Part shown: piece after piece, positions 48,701-57,733 of the stretch
Numbering within the stretch: position 1 is the first letter of the stretch
How the letters are laid out: each line of letters opens with the position of its first letter
Origin: Enterobacter phage CC31
Direction: 5' to 3' (one strand)
Sequence record: NC_014662.1
DNA length: 64,000 nucleotides
Program-made: the position numbers and the translations under genes
The notes under the pieces: generated by a model
The model's input: only the letters and a program-made list of their open reading frames with translations
What the model was told of the DNA's origin: nothing
Database searches by the model: none

Positions 48701-49553
48701 TGATTTTACTGCCGTAGATAAAGTTCTGACACTTAATCGTAATGGAAACGTAACGGTTGCTCAGACTCTGACTGCAATGAACAAAGTTGATGCTAGTAAG
48801 GGCTTTTCAGTCGAAGGTGGTACAATGGTTATCAATCCTTCCTCTACTGAAATTGTCATTGGTACTCAATCTAAGCAAGTAACACTGCAGAACAAAGATG
48901 CTAAGACATTCTCAGTTGTAGACCCTTCTGGTACTTACACCATTCTGAATACCAAGAATGCTTTTGAAATAACGGCTCAAGGGTTCGTTAAGAAAGCTGG
49001 TGATTCAATGACTGGACCACTTCAAATTCAAGCTCCATTAACTGTTCAGATTCCTGAAGGACGAGTTGCTCCTGATGTTAAACCATCAGATGATAACCCA
49101 GCTTCATGGTCTGCATCAATTACCACAGCAACGATTTACAATAAGTTGCCTGGTTATGGTGTTCCAGTTATGGAAAAAGATTCTGAAGGACAAGATACTG
49201 GTTTCGTAGACCATTACGAATATGTTAAAGGTCCTGGTGTATTAACTCAACATGGTATTGGTAAGACTGCGGTCTATCAAATTTGGGCACCTCGCCCAAC
49301 AGTTCAAGAGTTAAACCACAATGCTCAGACTTTCTGGATTCGTAACTTCAACATTGTAACTAATGATTGGGACGAATGGGGTAAGATGTACACCTCAGTT
49401 CAGAGACCTACTGCAGGCGAAATTGGTGCTGTATCAACTTCTGGTTCGGCTTTCAATAACTTAACAATTCGCGACTGGTTACAAATTAAGAACGTTCGTA
49501 TTGTTCCTAATGAAACCACTCGTACTGTTGACTTCATTTGGGTTGATGAATAA
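45759..49553 (+). CDS. 34: long tail fibre proximal subunit gp34
   Basis: 1264 aa (T4 about 1289 aa); repetitive beta-rich fibre sequence; synteny 34-35-36-37. Confidence 0.9.
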   Translation: MADSIKRKFRGAEGFDAAGEKIVNVATADRTVLSDGVNVEFLIQENTLQQYDETRGYTSGFAVIYDNRIWVSNRDIAKPAGAFNELFWNSVRTDAKWRVVSSGTTTLKSGEFISVDTNKGNDMVFTLPNNPQDGDTIMLKDIGNKTGTVGVVINASVQDIVLRDPTNKVRSVRMTHPLSQYVFVFSNRLWNLYVSDYARYARIVTPSAVVQAQSNDFIVRRYTSPGPIRITLPKFANTGDIINFTDLDGKNPQFHMIVSTFDDNTNIGTVGQKSVEVRTSGDGFIVYDASESIWRIWEGDLRPRMRIITDNVTLIPNDVVTVFGVNNTTQKTIDITLPTDIAVGDTVTIAMNYMRKGQKVNIRAATGDKIASSLQLLQFPKRSEYTPDAAWVMNDVLTFDGTTSYVPVLQLSYIENAGSKYWIVADNAPTVERVDSKDNETRKRLGVIALASQAQANVDYENSPEKELAITPETLANRIATKIRRGIARLVTLTEIQAPTSGPHLDDVIVTPAMLNEKTATEERRGVAETATQAEANGSTDDERIVTPKKLHNRIASETLTGILKLVRTVGTAAGIGRDTKGTNIYDYDNNIDAVTPKSLFQFKSTEQAQGAVYLATQNEVIAGGPAQPGFPVVVTPQTLHGKTSTDSRIGLIQIAKQAEVDAGTDYTKAVTPKTLNDRKAREDLSGIAEIATQAEFDTGTDDTRIVTPLKVKTRFNSTDRTSVVALSGLVEQGTLWDHYTLDIKEASETQRGTAALATQVQVDAGTDDKTIVTPKKLQAKKATETTEGIIQVANQTETVAGTIAIKAVSPKNLKYIAQEEKTWESTIARRGFVKLSEKALTFKGDATNGSGRLLPGDLINEPALTDLPKEGYAVSPYEMNRALQYFLPAKAKAVDSDLLDGLDSTQFVRRDIDQVVNGKITFKKDVTLEAPLVSSSTAKFTTVNATISVDIGDTLGNSRINLNTLANGWNIETLANGSTLDFTAVDKVLTLNRNGNVTVAQTLTAMNKVDASKGFSVEGGTMVINPSSTEIVIGTQSKQVTLQNKDAKTFSVVDPSGTYTILNTKNAFEITAQGFVKKAGDSMTGPLQIQAPLTVQIPEGRVAPDVKPSDDNPASWSASITTATIYNKLPGYGVPVMEKDSEGQDTGFVDHYEYVKGPGVLTQHGIGKTAVYQIWAPRPTVQELNHNAQTFWIRNFNIVTNDWDEWGKMYTSVQRPTAGEIGAVSTSGSAFNNLTIRDWLQIKNVRIVPNETTRTVDFIWVDE

Positions 49554-50701
49554 TGGCTAAAATGATGGCGAGTTTTGGACAAGGATTTGTCCAAACTCAA
49601 GTTCTTTCTGAGAACAATTCCGTCAAGTATAAGCTAGCATTTGCGGCAGGGGTAGCTCAGTCTACCCCTTCTGAAGCTTATTATACTTTCCAGGATGAAC
49701 CTGCTGGGGTTCAATATGACGGCCCAGGTATAAACCTGAGAGAATTTAATCCAGCAACTAATCAAATGCTTAACTTCAAAACTTTTAATTTAAATCCTGA
49801 AGACGCAAACGCGGCTACTAAAGCATTTGTGCAACATATGCAAACCCTCCCGGCTTCTGATAATTTGCTTATCATTACATCATATGAGAGGCTTTATTCA
49901 AGCCCTTCTGTAGATGCTTTGATGAAATCTCTTGGTTCAGTTATGTGGCCAAGTATATTTCTTACTACAAATTATGGATGCAATTACTGTGCTTTGTACT
50001 CTATTAGAAGAAAGAAAATAATTGCTGAAAACACAACATATTCAGATTTCAAAAAAGAGAATAGAGACATACGTCCAGCTTTAGAATTCATTTATGATAA
50101 AGCAAATGATATCGGAGCTACTGGATATTCACAAAAAGCTATTGATGATTCAAACACATATATCATTGATAAAGATAATCCAAGTAAAAGATTTCCGCAG
50201 CAGCTTGAGCAAATATCTCCAATAAATCAATACGGAATTGCTCCTGGAGATAAAATGCAGTGGAACTTTGAAGTAAAAGGAGATTCTTCTTTAACAGCTC
50301 CAGGACAAAACATTAGAGTAAATCTTCGTTGGTTCCAAGGCACTTCATATCTTTCTGGAGCAGTAGTTGAAACACAACCGACTGACGCAGATAAATGGAT
50401 GTGGCACCAGAGATATGTAACCGTTCCTGATAATGCTGATGGATTTACAATAATTGCTTCTCGTTATCCAGAAGTAGCTGGTTCTGAAGGAAGCGGTGCT
50501 ATTCGTGAAATGATGCTCACTCAAGTATCGAGAGCTGTAGAACCTCTTATGGACCCGGCTGGATTTGGTGTAAACGGAATCAGAATGAACAATATGATTT
50601 CTGATGGTGTAGATGAAAATACACTGTTAGTTCTTCCTGATACAGAAGACGATAAATCTGGTAATATCTACTCGGCTGACTTCAGAGAGTATAATGACTA
50701 A
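49553..50701 (+). CDS. 35: long tail fibre hinge connector gp35
   Basis: 382 aa; TAATG coupling to gene 34. Confidence 0.82.
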   Translation: MAKMMASFGQGFVQTQVLSENNSVKYKLAFAAGVAQSTPSEAYYTFQDEPAGVQYDGPGINLREFNPATNQMLNFKTFNLNPEDANAATKAFVQHMQTLPASDNLLIITSYERLYSSPSVDALMKSLGSVMWPSIFLTTNYGCNYCALYSIRRKKIIAENTTYSDFKKENRDIRPALEFIYDKANDIGATGYSQKAIDDSNTYIIDKDNPSKRFPQQLEQISPINQYGIAPGDKMQWNFEVKGDSSLTAPGQNIRVNLRWFQGTSYLSGAVVETQPTDADKWMWHQRYVTVPDNADGFTIIASRYPEVAGSEGSGAIREMMLTQVSRAVEPLMDPAGFGVNGIRMNNMISDGVDENTLLVLPDTEDDKSGNIYSADFREYND

Positions 50702-50720
50702 AGCCCTTCGGGGCTTTTGT
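50701..50720 (+). terminator. intrinsic terminator after gene 35 (AAGCCC-TTCG-GGGCTT + TTGTTGTTT)
   Basis: Read directly. Confidence 0.6.
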
Positions 50721-50760
50721 TGTTTCTGAATAAATACAACAAACATATAAGGGGAAGGCC

Positions 50761-51414
50761 ATGGCTGATTTAAAAGCTAACAGTACAATTGGCGGATTAC
50801 CGATTTGGCACCAGGGGAGTTTCCCTCTTTTTCCAATAAACGATACTCTGCTTTACAAGACTTATAAAGTCTACACAGAATATGATAAGCCACAAGCTGC
50901 AGATAACGACTTCGTTTCTAAAGCTAATGGCGGCATTTATGCAAAACCAGTTCAATTCAGTCAGGGATTAACTTTCCTGGATGATAAAGGAGCGACTGTT
51001 ACAATAGGCAAAGCCACTGGAACAGCTGGAGCAACTTATACTGCTTCAATCAAAGTTCCTGCTCAATTTGCTTTTGAGACTGGCGAAGGCAAACCATTTG
51101 TAATTTTTGACCCAGTAACTGACATGACTAAGCCTCGTCTTGTTGTAATGGGAGATGTCTTAGGCAAGTTTTTATACGACGAAGCTGGTCGAGTTTATTC
51201 ACCTGGAAATAAGCCAAATAACGTTGACGTTGGTTTAGGAAATGTAAGTAATGACGCCCAGGTGAAAATAAATACAACTACGTTACAAACAATGGCTGGT
51301 CCATTGGCTGCACCGAACTTAAGTTCTTTAAACGCAGCTTCTGCACCACAACACGTTCCACGTTTTGACCAGATTGTCGTAAGAGACTCTATTCAAGATT
51401 TCGGAACCTATTGA
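50761..51414 (+). CDS. 36: long tail fibre distal connector gp36
   Basis: 217 aa (T4 about 221 aa). Confidence 0.82.
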   Translation: MADLKANSTIGGLPIWHQGSFPLFPINDTLLYKTYKVYTEYDKPQAADNDFVSKANGGIYAKPVQFSQGLTFLDDKGATVTIGKATGTAGATYTASIKVPAQFAFETGEGKPFVIFDPVTDMTKPRLVVMGDVLGKFLYDEAGRVYSPGNKPNNVDVGLGNVSNDAQVKINTTTLQTMAGPLAAPNLSSLNAASAPQHVPRFDQIVVRDSIQDFGTY

Positions 51415-51421
51415 GGAATTT

Positions 51422-54034
51422 ATGGCAACTATCAAACAAATTCAATTTAAGCGTTCTAACGTTGCTGGTAAAAGACCGCTTCCAGCTGATATCGCTGAAG
51501 GCGAATTAGCAATTAATATCAAGGATTCGACTTTATTCACTAAGAACGCTGATGGGCAAATCATTGACCTCGGTTTTGCAAAAGGCGGCAGAATCGACGG
51601 TGACGTTGTACAAGTAGGTAATTATACTCAGACCGGTAATTACATTACTTCTGGTGATGTCAGTGCTAAAACTATTTTAGCCTCAGCAGGTGTTTCATCA
51701 AATGGTGATATTGTTGCTGAAAGAGGCGTAATTCGAACTCGTGCTGCTTCTTCAGGCAACGCTCATTTGTGGTTTGAAGGCGAAGAAATTACAGGTGAAA
51801 ACCGTAATAAAGAACGTGGTGTTTTATATGCTACCCAACAAACAGATACAGATGGGCGAGTAAACCTTCGAGTTTACAATGGTAAAGCCCACGCGGCTAA
51901 TACAAACAACGCGCTGTTCGTGTTTAACGGTGCCGGGGATTTCGCGGCTCCTAAAGATTTGTATGGCCAGCGCTCTCGTTTAAGTATTGAGTCTATAGCC
52001 CCAGTAATGAATACAAATCGCCTTTTAACGGCGAATAAACCATTCGCAAACCAAGTGTATAGCTTTGATGATATAGTCAATTATAAAGCCGGCGAGAATG
52101 GCGCTCTTGCGTTAAACTATGTGTACAAAGGCCGGGCGCATCAGACCGGCACGATTTGGCATCATTTAATCGACGAACGCGAAGCTCCTGAATGGGCTCT
52201 TTATACTGGTTCGGGTCCAGCAAATAAAATGTTCGCGATTCGTTCAGTTGGTACATTAGGACATGCTCAATTCACTGGTAGCTTATTCTTAGGTTCTGGT
52301 AGCAGTGGAACTGGTTTTGTATCTGGAATGGGTGAAGGTTCTTTAGCATTGGGTGATAATGATACTGGTTTCCGTAACGATGGCGACGGGATGTTTAGTG
52401 TAATGGCTAACTCTCGGGCTCTTGTTAATTATAATGCTTCAGCCCCGAAGTTCCAAATTGAGCACAGAAAAGCTACTAGAATCACCCACACTGATAATAC
52501 AAACACAACTATTCTTCCAAGTAACAACAATTCTTTATTGGAAATTGACACTTCGTTAGATGGAAATAATGCTGGTGGAAACGGGTTAACTCTTTTAGGT
52601 TATATTTCAAGCGGAAAATATTATCATTATTTCAGAGGTTCTGGATATGTAGCTTATGATATGGATGAAGGCGTTAAAATTAATAAAGGTGGCTTGAATG
52701 TAGGCGGTAATACATCTATAACAGGAAATACTTATGTAACTGGCGCTGTTACATCAAATGGACAGTTTAAAACTTCCGCAAATGATGGTTTAAAAATTTG
52801 GAATGGCGATTATGGTATGATACTGCGTCGTTCTGAAAATAACTTTTATCTTATCCCAACTGCGCAAGGTCAAGCCGAAAATGGTGGTATTAGTAATTTG
52901 CGCCCGTTTTATATTGATTGTGCTACCGGCAACGCTACTTTAGGACATAACGTAACAATTAATGGCCAATCTACGTTAAATGGCAACGTTACTTTAGGTT
53001 CGGGTCAAATTAACTTGCTTGGGGGTTCAGGTAATATTGGATTTGCAAAAGCAGGTACAAGCCCTTATTCAATGCGAATTTTCTATGCTGGGAATACTGA
53101 ACGTGGCAACAGACTAGAAATAGCTGATGATTCGTCTTATTTGATGTATATTGAACGTCATCCATCTATAGGTATTCAATTAGTTACTAATGGTGGTCAC
53201 ATAAAAACTAATGCTGGTAGCGTTTATACTGAAGCTATAGCGTTAAATAGCGGTGCAAGATTTGTGGCTGATGGAAACATTTATTTACCAAATGCTACTA
53301 ACGGATTTTCTGCTGGTTGGGTATTAGGTCAAATTAACAGCCGTCTTAACGCTGCTGTTCAAAAATCTGGCGATACCATGACTGGTACCTTGACTATTAA
53401 CAACGGTGCAAACACTGGTGTAATGGTTTCTGGTATTACATCTGGTAGTGATAAAGGATTAATACGAGGTAACGTCGACGGTGGCGCTCATGATCAATGG
53501 GAAAACCGTTCTTCTGGTCTTCAATTAGATTGCCCGAGTTCCGATGATAGCGCATATAACGTATGGAAAGCAACTAAATGGGGAGCTTATCATATTGCTG
53601 CAATGGACGTTTATGCTCCAAGTGGTAATGGTTATGTTCGCTTAGTTATTCGTAACGGCGGAGCCCACATTTGGAATAACAGCAGTTATACTTCTCCAGT
53701 GCAGATTAATGCTCCAGAATTTTATCTGACTTCAGATATTTCGTTGAAGAAAGATATTCGTTCAATCGAAGATTCTCGTTCTAACTTGCATAAAGTTGAA
53801 ATTAAACGATATGCAATGAAAGATGGTTCTAACGATAATGCAATCGGTGTTATTGCACAAGAAGTTCAAGAAGTTTATCCAGAACTTGTTAATGAAAATA
53901 AAGACACTGGCAAATTATCTGTTAACTATCGTGGACTTTCTTCTGTTCTTTGGAAAATTGTTCAAGAGCAAGATAAAGAATTGGAAGATGTTAAATCTCG
54001 TTTAGCTCGCATTGAAGAACTTTTGTCTAAATAA
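51422..54034 (+). CDS. 37: long tail fibre distal subunit gp37 with C-terminal intramolecular-chaperone-like domain
   Basis: 870 aa; C-terminus SDISLKKDIRSIED...VIAQEVQEVYPELV...ELEDVKSRLARIEELL resembles autoproteolytic intramolecular chaperone domains of phage fibres. Confidence 0.85.
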   Translation: MATIKQIQFKRSNVAGKRPLPADIAEGELAINIKDSTLFTKNADGQIIDLGFAKGGRIDGDVVQVGNYTQTGNYITSGDVSAKTILASAGVSSNGDIVAERGVIRTRAASSGNAHLWFEGEEITGENRNKERGVLYATQQTDTDGRVNLRVYNGKAHAANTNNALFVFNGAGDFAAPKDLYGQRSRLSIESIAPVMNTNRLLTANKPFANQVYSFDDIVNYKAGENGALALNYVYKGRAHQTGTIWHHLIDEREAPEWALYTGSGPANKMFAIRSVGTLGHAQFTGSLFLGSGSSGTGFVSGMGEGSLALGDNDTGFRNDGDGMFSVMANSRALVNYNASAPKFQIEHRKATRITHTDNTNTTILPSNNNSLLEIDTSLDGNNAGGNGLTLLGYISSGKYYHYFRGSGYVAYDMDEGVKINKGGLNVGGNTSITGNTYVTGAVTSNGQFKTSANDGLKIWNGDYGMILRRSENNFYLIPTAQGQAENGGISNLRPFYIDCATGNATLGHNVTINGQSTLNGNVTLGSGQINLLGGSGNIGFAKAGTSPYSMRIFYAGNTERGNRLEIADDSSYLMYIERHPSIGIQLVTNGGHIKTNAGSVYTEAIALNSGARFVADGNIYLPNATNGFSAGWVLGQINSRLNAAVQKSGDTMTGTLTINNGANTGVMVSGITSGSDKGLIRGNVDGGAHDQWENRSSGLQLDCPSSDDSAYNVWKATKWGAYHIAAMDVYAPSGNGYVRLVIRNGGAHIWNNSSYTSPVQINAPEFYLTSDISLKKDIRSIEDSRSNLHKVEIKRYAMKDGSNDNAIGVIAQEVQEVYPELVNENKDTGKLSVNYRGLSSVLWKIVQEQDKELEDVKSRLARIEELLSK

Positions 54035-54037
54035 TTT

Positions 54038-54053
54038 AAGGGCCTTCGGGCCC
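54038..54053 (+). terminator. hairpin AGGGCC-TTCG-GGCCCT after gene 37
   Basis: Read directly; no strong T-run, may be a stability/processing element. Confidence 0.45.
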
Positions 54054-54067
54054 TAGAGGATTTTTAT

Positions 54068-54853
54068 ATGGCTATAGCTGGTCCTAATATTGGGACATCA
54101 TGGTTTAGAGAAACCGGTCAAAGACCGATGTCTGCCGCTCGAGTGGCAGTAAGACTTCCGGCAAGACCTGGAGGCGCTCGACAAATGGTTGGCTTATCTA
54201 AAGAAGTAAATTATAACATCGGCGCAAATAACTCTTACAATAAAGACACATTAATTAACTACTTACGCTCTCAAGGCTCAACACCTGTAGTTGTTACTAT
54301 CACTGGTAATTTAGTAAGTTATAGTTCTGGTGTAGCATGTCTTGAATTTCCGGCTAATTTACCAAATGCTTATGTACATCTCATTATAAATGGCGGTGTT
54401 ACTCTTTATGGAAGAGGAGGTAACGGTGGCGTTAAAGGGAATGGAGCTGCAGGCGGTCATGCTATTAACAACCAATTTGGTACTCGTCTTCGTATTACAA
54501 ATAACGGTGCAATAGCAGGCGGTGGTGGTGGAGGTGGAGGAAACTCTGCTAATGGTGGTATGGGTGGTGGTGGTAGACCATTTGGTTATGCCGATAAAAC
54601 ACATCCGCCTGCTGCAGCTACTTCACGTGCTGCTACTGATGGTACTTTAACATCTCCAGGTATTGGTGCTGAATATAAAATTGGTACTGCAGTTCAATAT
54701 ACTTGTGGTTCTGGTGGTAATGTTGGAGCAAATGGTGGTGCATCTACAGGAAGGTTAGGAACAAACTATGGAGGCGGATCTGCCGGTAGAGCTGTTATAG
54801 GTAATGCTCCTACATGGAATAAAGTTGGTACCATTTATGGGTCACGAGTTTAA
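54068..54853 (+). CDS. 38: receptor-recognising adhesin gp38 (T2/T6 type, glycine-rich motifs)
   Basis: 261 aa; conserved N-terminal fibre-attachment region and poly-Gly tracts (GGGGGGGGNSANGGMGGGGRPFG) separating variable segments. Confidence 0.85.
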   Translation: MAIAGPNIGTSWFRETGQRPMSAARVAVRLPARPGGARQMVGLSKEVNYNIGANNSYNKDTLINYLRSQGSTPVVVTITGNLVSYSSGVACLEFPANLPNAYVHLIINGGVTLYGRGGNGGVKGNGAAGGHAINNQFGTRLRITNNGAIAGGGGGGGGNSANGGMGGGGRPFGYADKTHPPAAATSRAATDGTLTSPGIGAEYKIGTAVQYTCGSGGNVGANGGASTGRLGTNYGGGSAGRAVIGNAPTWNKVGTIYGSRV

Positions 54854-54881
54854 ACATAAATACCCTTGAAAAGGAGGGTAT

Positions 54882-55538
54882 ATGACCCAGAGAACACCAC
54901 TACCAGGAATATCTGACATTTTATTTGGTGTTCTAGACAGACTCTTCAAAGATAACGCAACCGGGAGGGTACTTGCTTCCCGGATTGTTGCTCTGATAGT
55001 TGTTTTCATTCTTTCGCTTACATGGTATCGCTTGGATGCTATAATGCAAGTATGGAAAGAGTCTCGTTATGAGACTTACACTAAAGTTTTGCAACAAGAT
55101 AAAGAGGCTAAATTTGAAGCATCAGCTCTAGAACAACTACAGATAGCTCACGTTTCGAGCAATGCAGATTTTTCCGCAATTTACTCATTTAGACCACGCA
55201 ACTTAAACTACTTTGTGGATTTAATTGCATATGAAGGGCGACTGCCTAGCACAGTCAACGAAAAAAATTTGGGAGGATTTCCAGTTGATAAGACTTCGAA
55301 CGAATATTCTGCTCATTTGAGAGGTGCATATTTCTCTTCTGAGGATGAATTTGTTTTCTTACCGACTAAGAAAAAGGATGGGGAGTTGAAGTACATGTAC
55401 TCGTGCCCGTATTTCAACCTGGACAACGTTTATGCCGGGACAGTTTCCATGTACTGGTATAGCAAACCACTCTTAAATGAAAATAGATTGGCCGCAATTT
55501 GTAGTCAAGCTGCTAGAACTTTAGGAAGAGCCAAGTAA
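54882..55538 (+). CDS. t: holin T
   Basis: 218 aa (same as T4 holin as recalled); near-identical blocks (SDILFGVLDRLFKDNATG, YMYSCPYFNLDN, QAARTLGRAK); one N-terminal TM helix. Confidence 0.95.
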   Translation: MTQRTPLPGISDILFGVLDRLFKDNATGRVLASRIVALIVVFILSLTWYRLDAIMQVWKESRYETYTKVLQQDKEAKFEASALEQLQIAHVSSNADFSAIYSFRPRNLNYFVDLIAYEGRLPSTVNEKNLGGFPVDKTSNEYSAHLRGAYFSSEDEFVFLPTKKKDGELKYMYSCPYFNLDNVYAGTVSMYWYSKPLLNENRLAAICSQAARTLGRAK

Positions 55539-55546
55539 CAAGGATG

Positions 55547-55819
55547 TTACGGCTTGCTGTACATCATCATATAGCGATATACTGATTCAAAACCTTCATT
55601 AAACTCTTCAACTAGCTGCTGTTTTTCTTCAGCTGTCATTTCTTCAATCATTTTACGGAAGTTACTCTGATTCAGAGGACGACCCAAATCATTCTTAATT
55701 CCAATTTCATTCAAAAATGCAATAAAATGTTCGCGTTTTTCAAGAATGTGTTCAGAACCAAATTTAATCAATACAGAAGCCACAGTAACAATTTCACGAA
55801 CAATTTCAAGTTTAGACAT
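55547..55819 (-). CDS. asiA: anti-sigma-70 protein AsiA
   Basis: 90 aa; matches T4 AsiA as recalled (REIVTVASVLIKF, NFIAFLNEIG, EEFNEGFESVYRY). Confidence 0.92.
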   Translation of the reverse strand: MSKLEIVREIVTVASVLIKFGSEHILEKREHFIAFLNEIGIKNDLGRPLNQSNFRKMIEEMTAEEKQQLVEEFNEGFESVYRYMMMYSKP

Positions 55820-55851
55820 ATCAAGTATTTCCTACGACTTAATGGATTGAG

Positions 55852-55882
55852 ATTATAATAACACAGTCTACTGCGAATGTAA
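55852..55882 (-). promoter_or_regulatory. T4 early-promoter-like element upstream of asiA
   Basis: GCGAATGTAAACGGTTAG with GATTATAATAACAC -10 region. Confidence 0.55.
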
Positions 55883-55886
55883 ACGG

Positions 55887-56144
55887 TTAGTTCACTACTT
55901 CCCAGCGTTGAAGTACATGGCCTGGTAGAGTCACATATTCGTCACCAGAGTCATAGCGAATGGCGTAGCGACCATCAATCAACTCAGCTGATATATACCA
56001 TTCGGCTCCTACTACACGAACCCTACGTTTCATCCAGTGACAAATCTCCATGGCCTCTTGATAGCTGTAGTCCACCATGTCACCGAGCGCAAGCTTGTTC
56101 ATCATTCCTTCAAGATAGCGTTGAATCTCTACTGTCTGGTTCAT
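55887..56144 (-). CDS. hypothetical protein
   Basis: 85-aa ORF. Confidence 0.45.
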   Translation of the reverse strand: MNQTVEIQRYLEGMMNKLALGDMVDYSYQEAMEICHWMKRRVRVVGAEWYISAELIDGRYAIRYDSGDEYVTLPGHVLQRWEVVN

Positions 56145-56494
56145 TAAATTTTCTCGTAGTTTATTTTCAATTCAAATTCGTCAGCAACACCTTTGAGGAA
56201 TTGATAACCTTGCATGACGTCAGAAACACTACGCTTAGAGCTTACGGTGAAATAACAAAATGTTTCTTCACTTGCTTTTATTTCGCAGTGAGTGAGTAGA
56301 GATTCTGGATGATTAATAGCGTTGACAAATTTTTGAAAAGTTGTATCTTCAAAATATTTCCAAGAGCAATCTTGCTCCTCTTGGCTCAAAGAGAACCATA
56401 CCACGAGATGATACACTGGAGTTATTGCATCTACAACACTGGTGTGTTCATCCCATGCTTTCCGTTCGGCTTCGATATGAGAAATCTTATTCAT
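56144..56494 (-). CDS. hypothetical protein
   Basis: 116-aa ORF. Confidence 0.45.
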   Translation of the reverse strand: MNKISHIEAERKAWDEHTSVVDAITPVYHLVVWFSLSQEEQDCSWKYFEDTTFQKFVNAINHPESLLTHCEIKASEETFCYFTVSSKRSVSDVMQGYQFLKGVADEFELKINYEKI

Positions 56495-56765
56495 AATATC
56501 CTTCTGTCATTTCGTCAATAATATTGTCAATATGAGCAATAGCATCTTCAATTCGCTTATCGGAAATTGCTACAATTTCAAACGTACCATTCAAAAACAT
56601 ACGAATGATGAAATCATTGTCATTAATATCCGATTTGACATCATTTTCAATTTCACTTAGAGTATCATAGAAAATGCCAGTGCCATTAAATTGGTCCTGG
56701 AACTCACGGAGTCTCTCGCTGGTATAAGTGACGTAAGGTACCATTTTAATTTCAGATGTGCTCAT
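56487..56765 (-). CDS. small acidic protein (possible Arn-like DNA mimic; tentative)
   Basis: 92 aa (same length as T4 Arn as recalled), strongly acidic; no sequence-level confirmation. Confidence 0.35.
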   Translation of the reverse strand: MSTSEIKMVPYVTYTSERLREFQDQFNGTGIFYDTLSEIENDVKSDINDNDFIIRMFLNGTFEIVAISDKRIEDAIAHIDNIIDEMTEGYYE

Positions 56766-56848
56766 AACCTTTTCCTTTATGCTTTTGCTTACGACGAGAT
56801 TCTTTTTCCTGGCGCTTCATATCTTTATGAGCGCCGCCTTTATTGAAA

Positions 56849-57064
56849 TCATGCTTTGCTACTGGATTGTTCATAATGCTCTATAACCTCTCTTAGACAA
56901 TATGACTCTAAGTTAAATCTTTTAGCAATCCCACACTCTATAATGTGGGACTTCAATTCGTTTGGAACAATATAACCTAATTCAACTATAAAGCGTTTAA
57001 TCTGAGCCTTCTCTGAACGATTAAGGCTATTGAAATAATCACTCTTTCTGTGTATTGTTCTCAT
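56849..57064 (-). CDS. hypothetical protein
   Basis: 71-aa ORF. Confidence 0.4.
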   Translation of the reverse strand: MRTIHRKSDYFNSLNRSEKAQIKRFIVELGYIVPNELKSHIIECGIAKRFNLESYCLREVIEHYEQSSSKA

Positions 57065-57350
57065 TTAATTGTTCCAAACGTCGTTCGAGTTCTTTAATCA
57101 TTTCGTTGTTCATTGCTTTGTATATATCAAGCAAGAATGGCTTAACACCGCCGTTATAAGGAGTTTCAAACGGACAGATATAATCTTTACCAAGAAGCTT
57201 CTTCATGAAAGGATGCTCTGCCATTCTGAATCCAGGGTCATTTGCATAAGTTCCCCAGTTTTCATCCATCATTTCATTAGCACGTTGCAGAGAAGCAATT
57301 TGAGTTTTGATTAAAATGATGTTGTGACGCAGACATGATAAATCAGACAT
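57039..57350 (-). CDS. hypothetical protein
   Basis: 103-aa ORF. Confidence 0.45.
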   Translation of the reverse strand: MSDLSCLRHNIILIKTQIASLQRANEMMDENWGTYANDPGFRMAEHPFMKKLLGKDYICPFETPYNGGVKPFLLDIYKAMNNEMIKELERRLEQLNENNTQKE

Positions 57351-57733
57351 TAGTATAAATCCTCGGAAAATAATGTATCAGCAGGGCCGCCTTTCTGGCG
57401 GCGAGTATTAATTTGACCAGCATGAGTTGCAATGATTAATGCTTCTTTGCGAGTAAGATAATTTCCCCATTGGTCCAGGAAACCTTGGTCATCACCATAA
57501 ACTTGTTCAGAAACTACCTTATCACGCATTTGGTCTAATACTAGAGCCATGTCTTTTGAATAATGACGAGTCCCTGGAATAACTAACTCTCCGCCATCTT
57601 TCAATTTAAAACGATTAGCTGCACAGACGATAACTCGTTGAAGTAAACGGCCATCCCACCAGTCAGCTTTAATGAAACAGATTTCAGGAATTCGTTCGCC
57701 GATATTCTGAGTTTCGATTAAATCACCATTCAT
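57350..57733 (-). CDS. hypothetical protein
   Basis: 127-aa ORF; ATGA coupling with neighbours. Confidence 0.5.
   Translation of the reverse strand: MNGDLIETQNIGERIPEICFIKADWWDGRLLQRVIVCAANRFKLKDGGELVIPGTRHYSKDMALVLDQMRDKVVSEQVYGDDQGFLDQWGNYLTRKEALIIATHAGQINTRRQKGGPADTLFSEDLY

Noticed and set aside
54420-54800. Repetitive GGT/GGC tracts in gene 38 as a possible CRISPR or tandem-repeat array
   Set aside because: They encode the poly-glycine motifs of the gp38 adhesin in frame; no spacer-repeat periodicity
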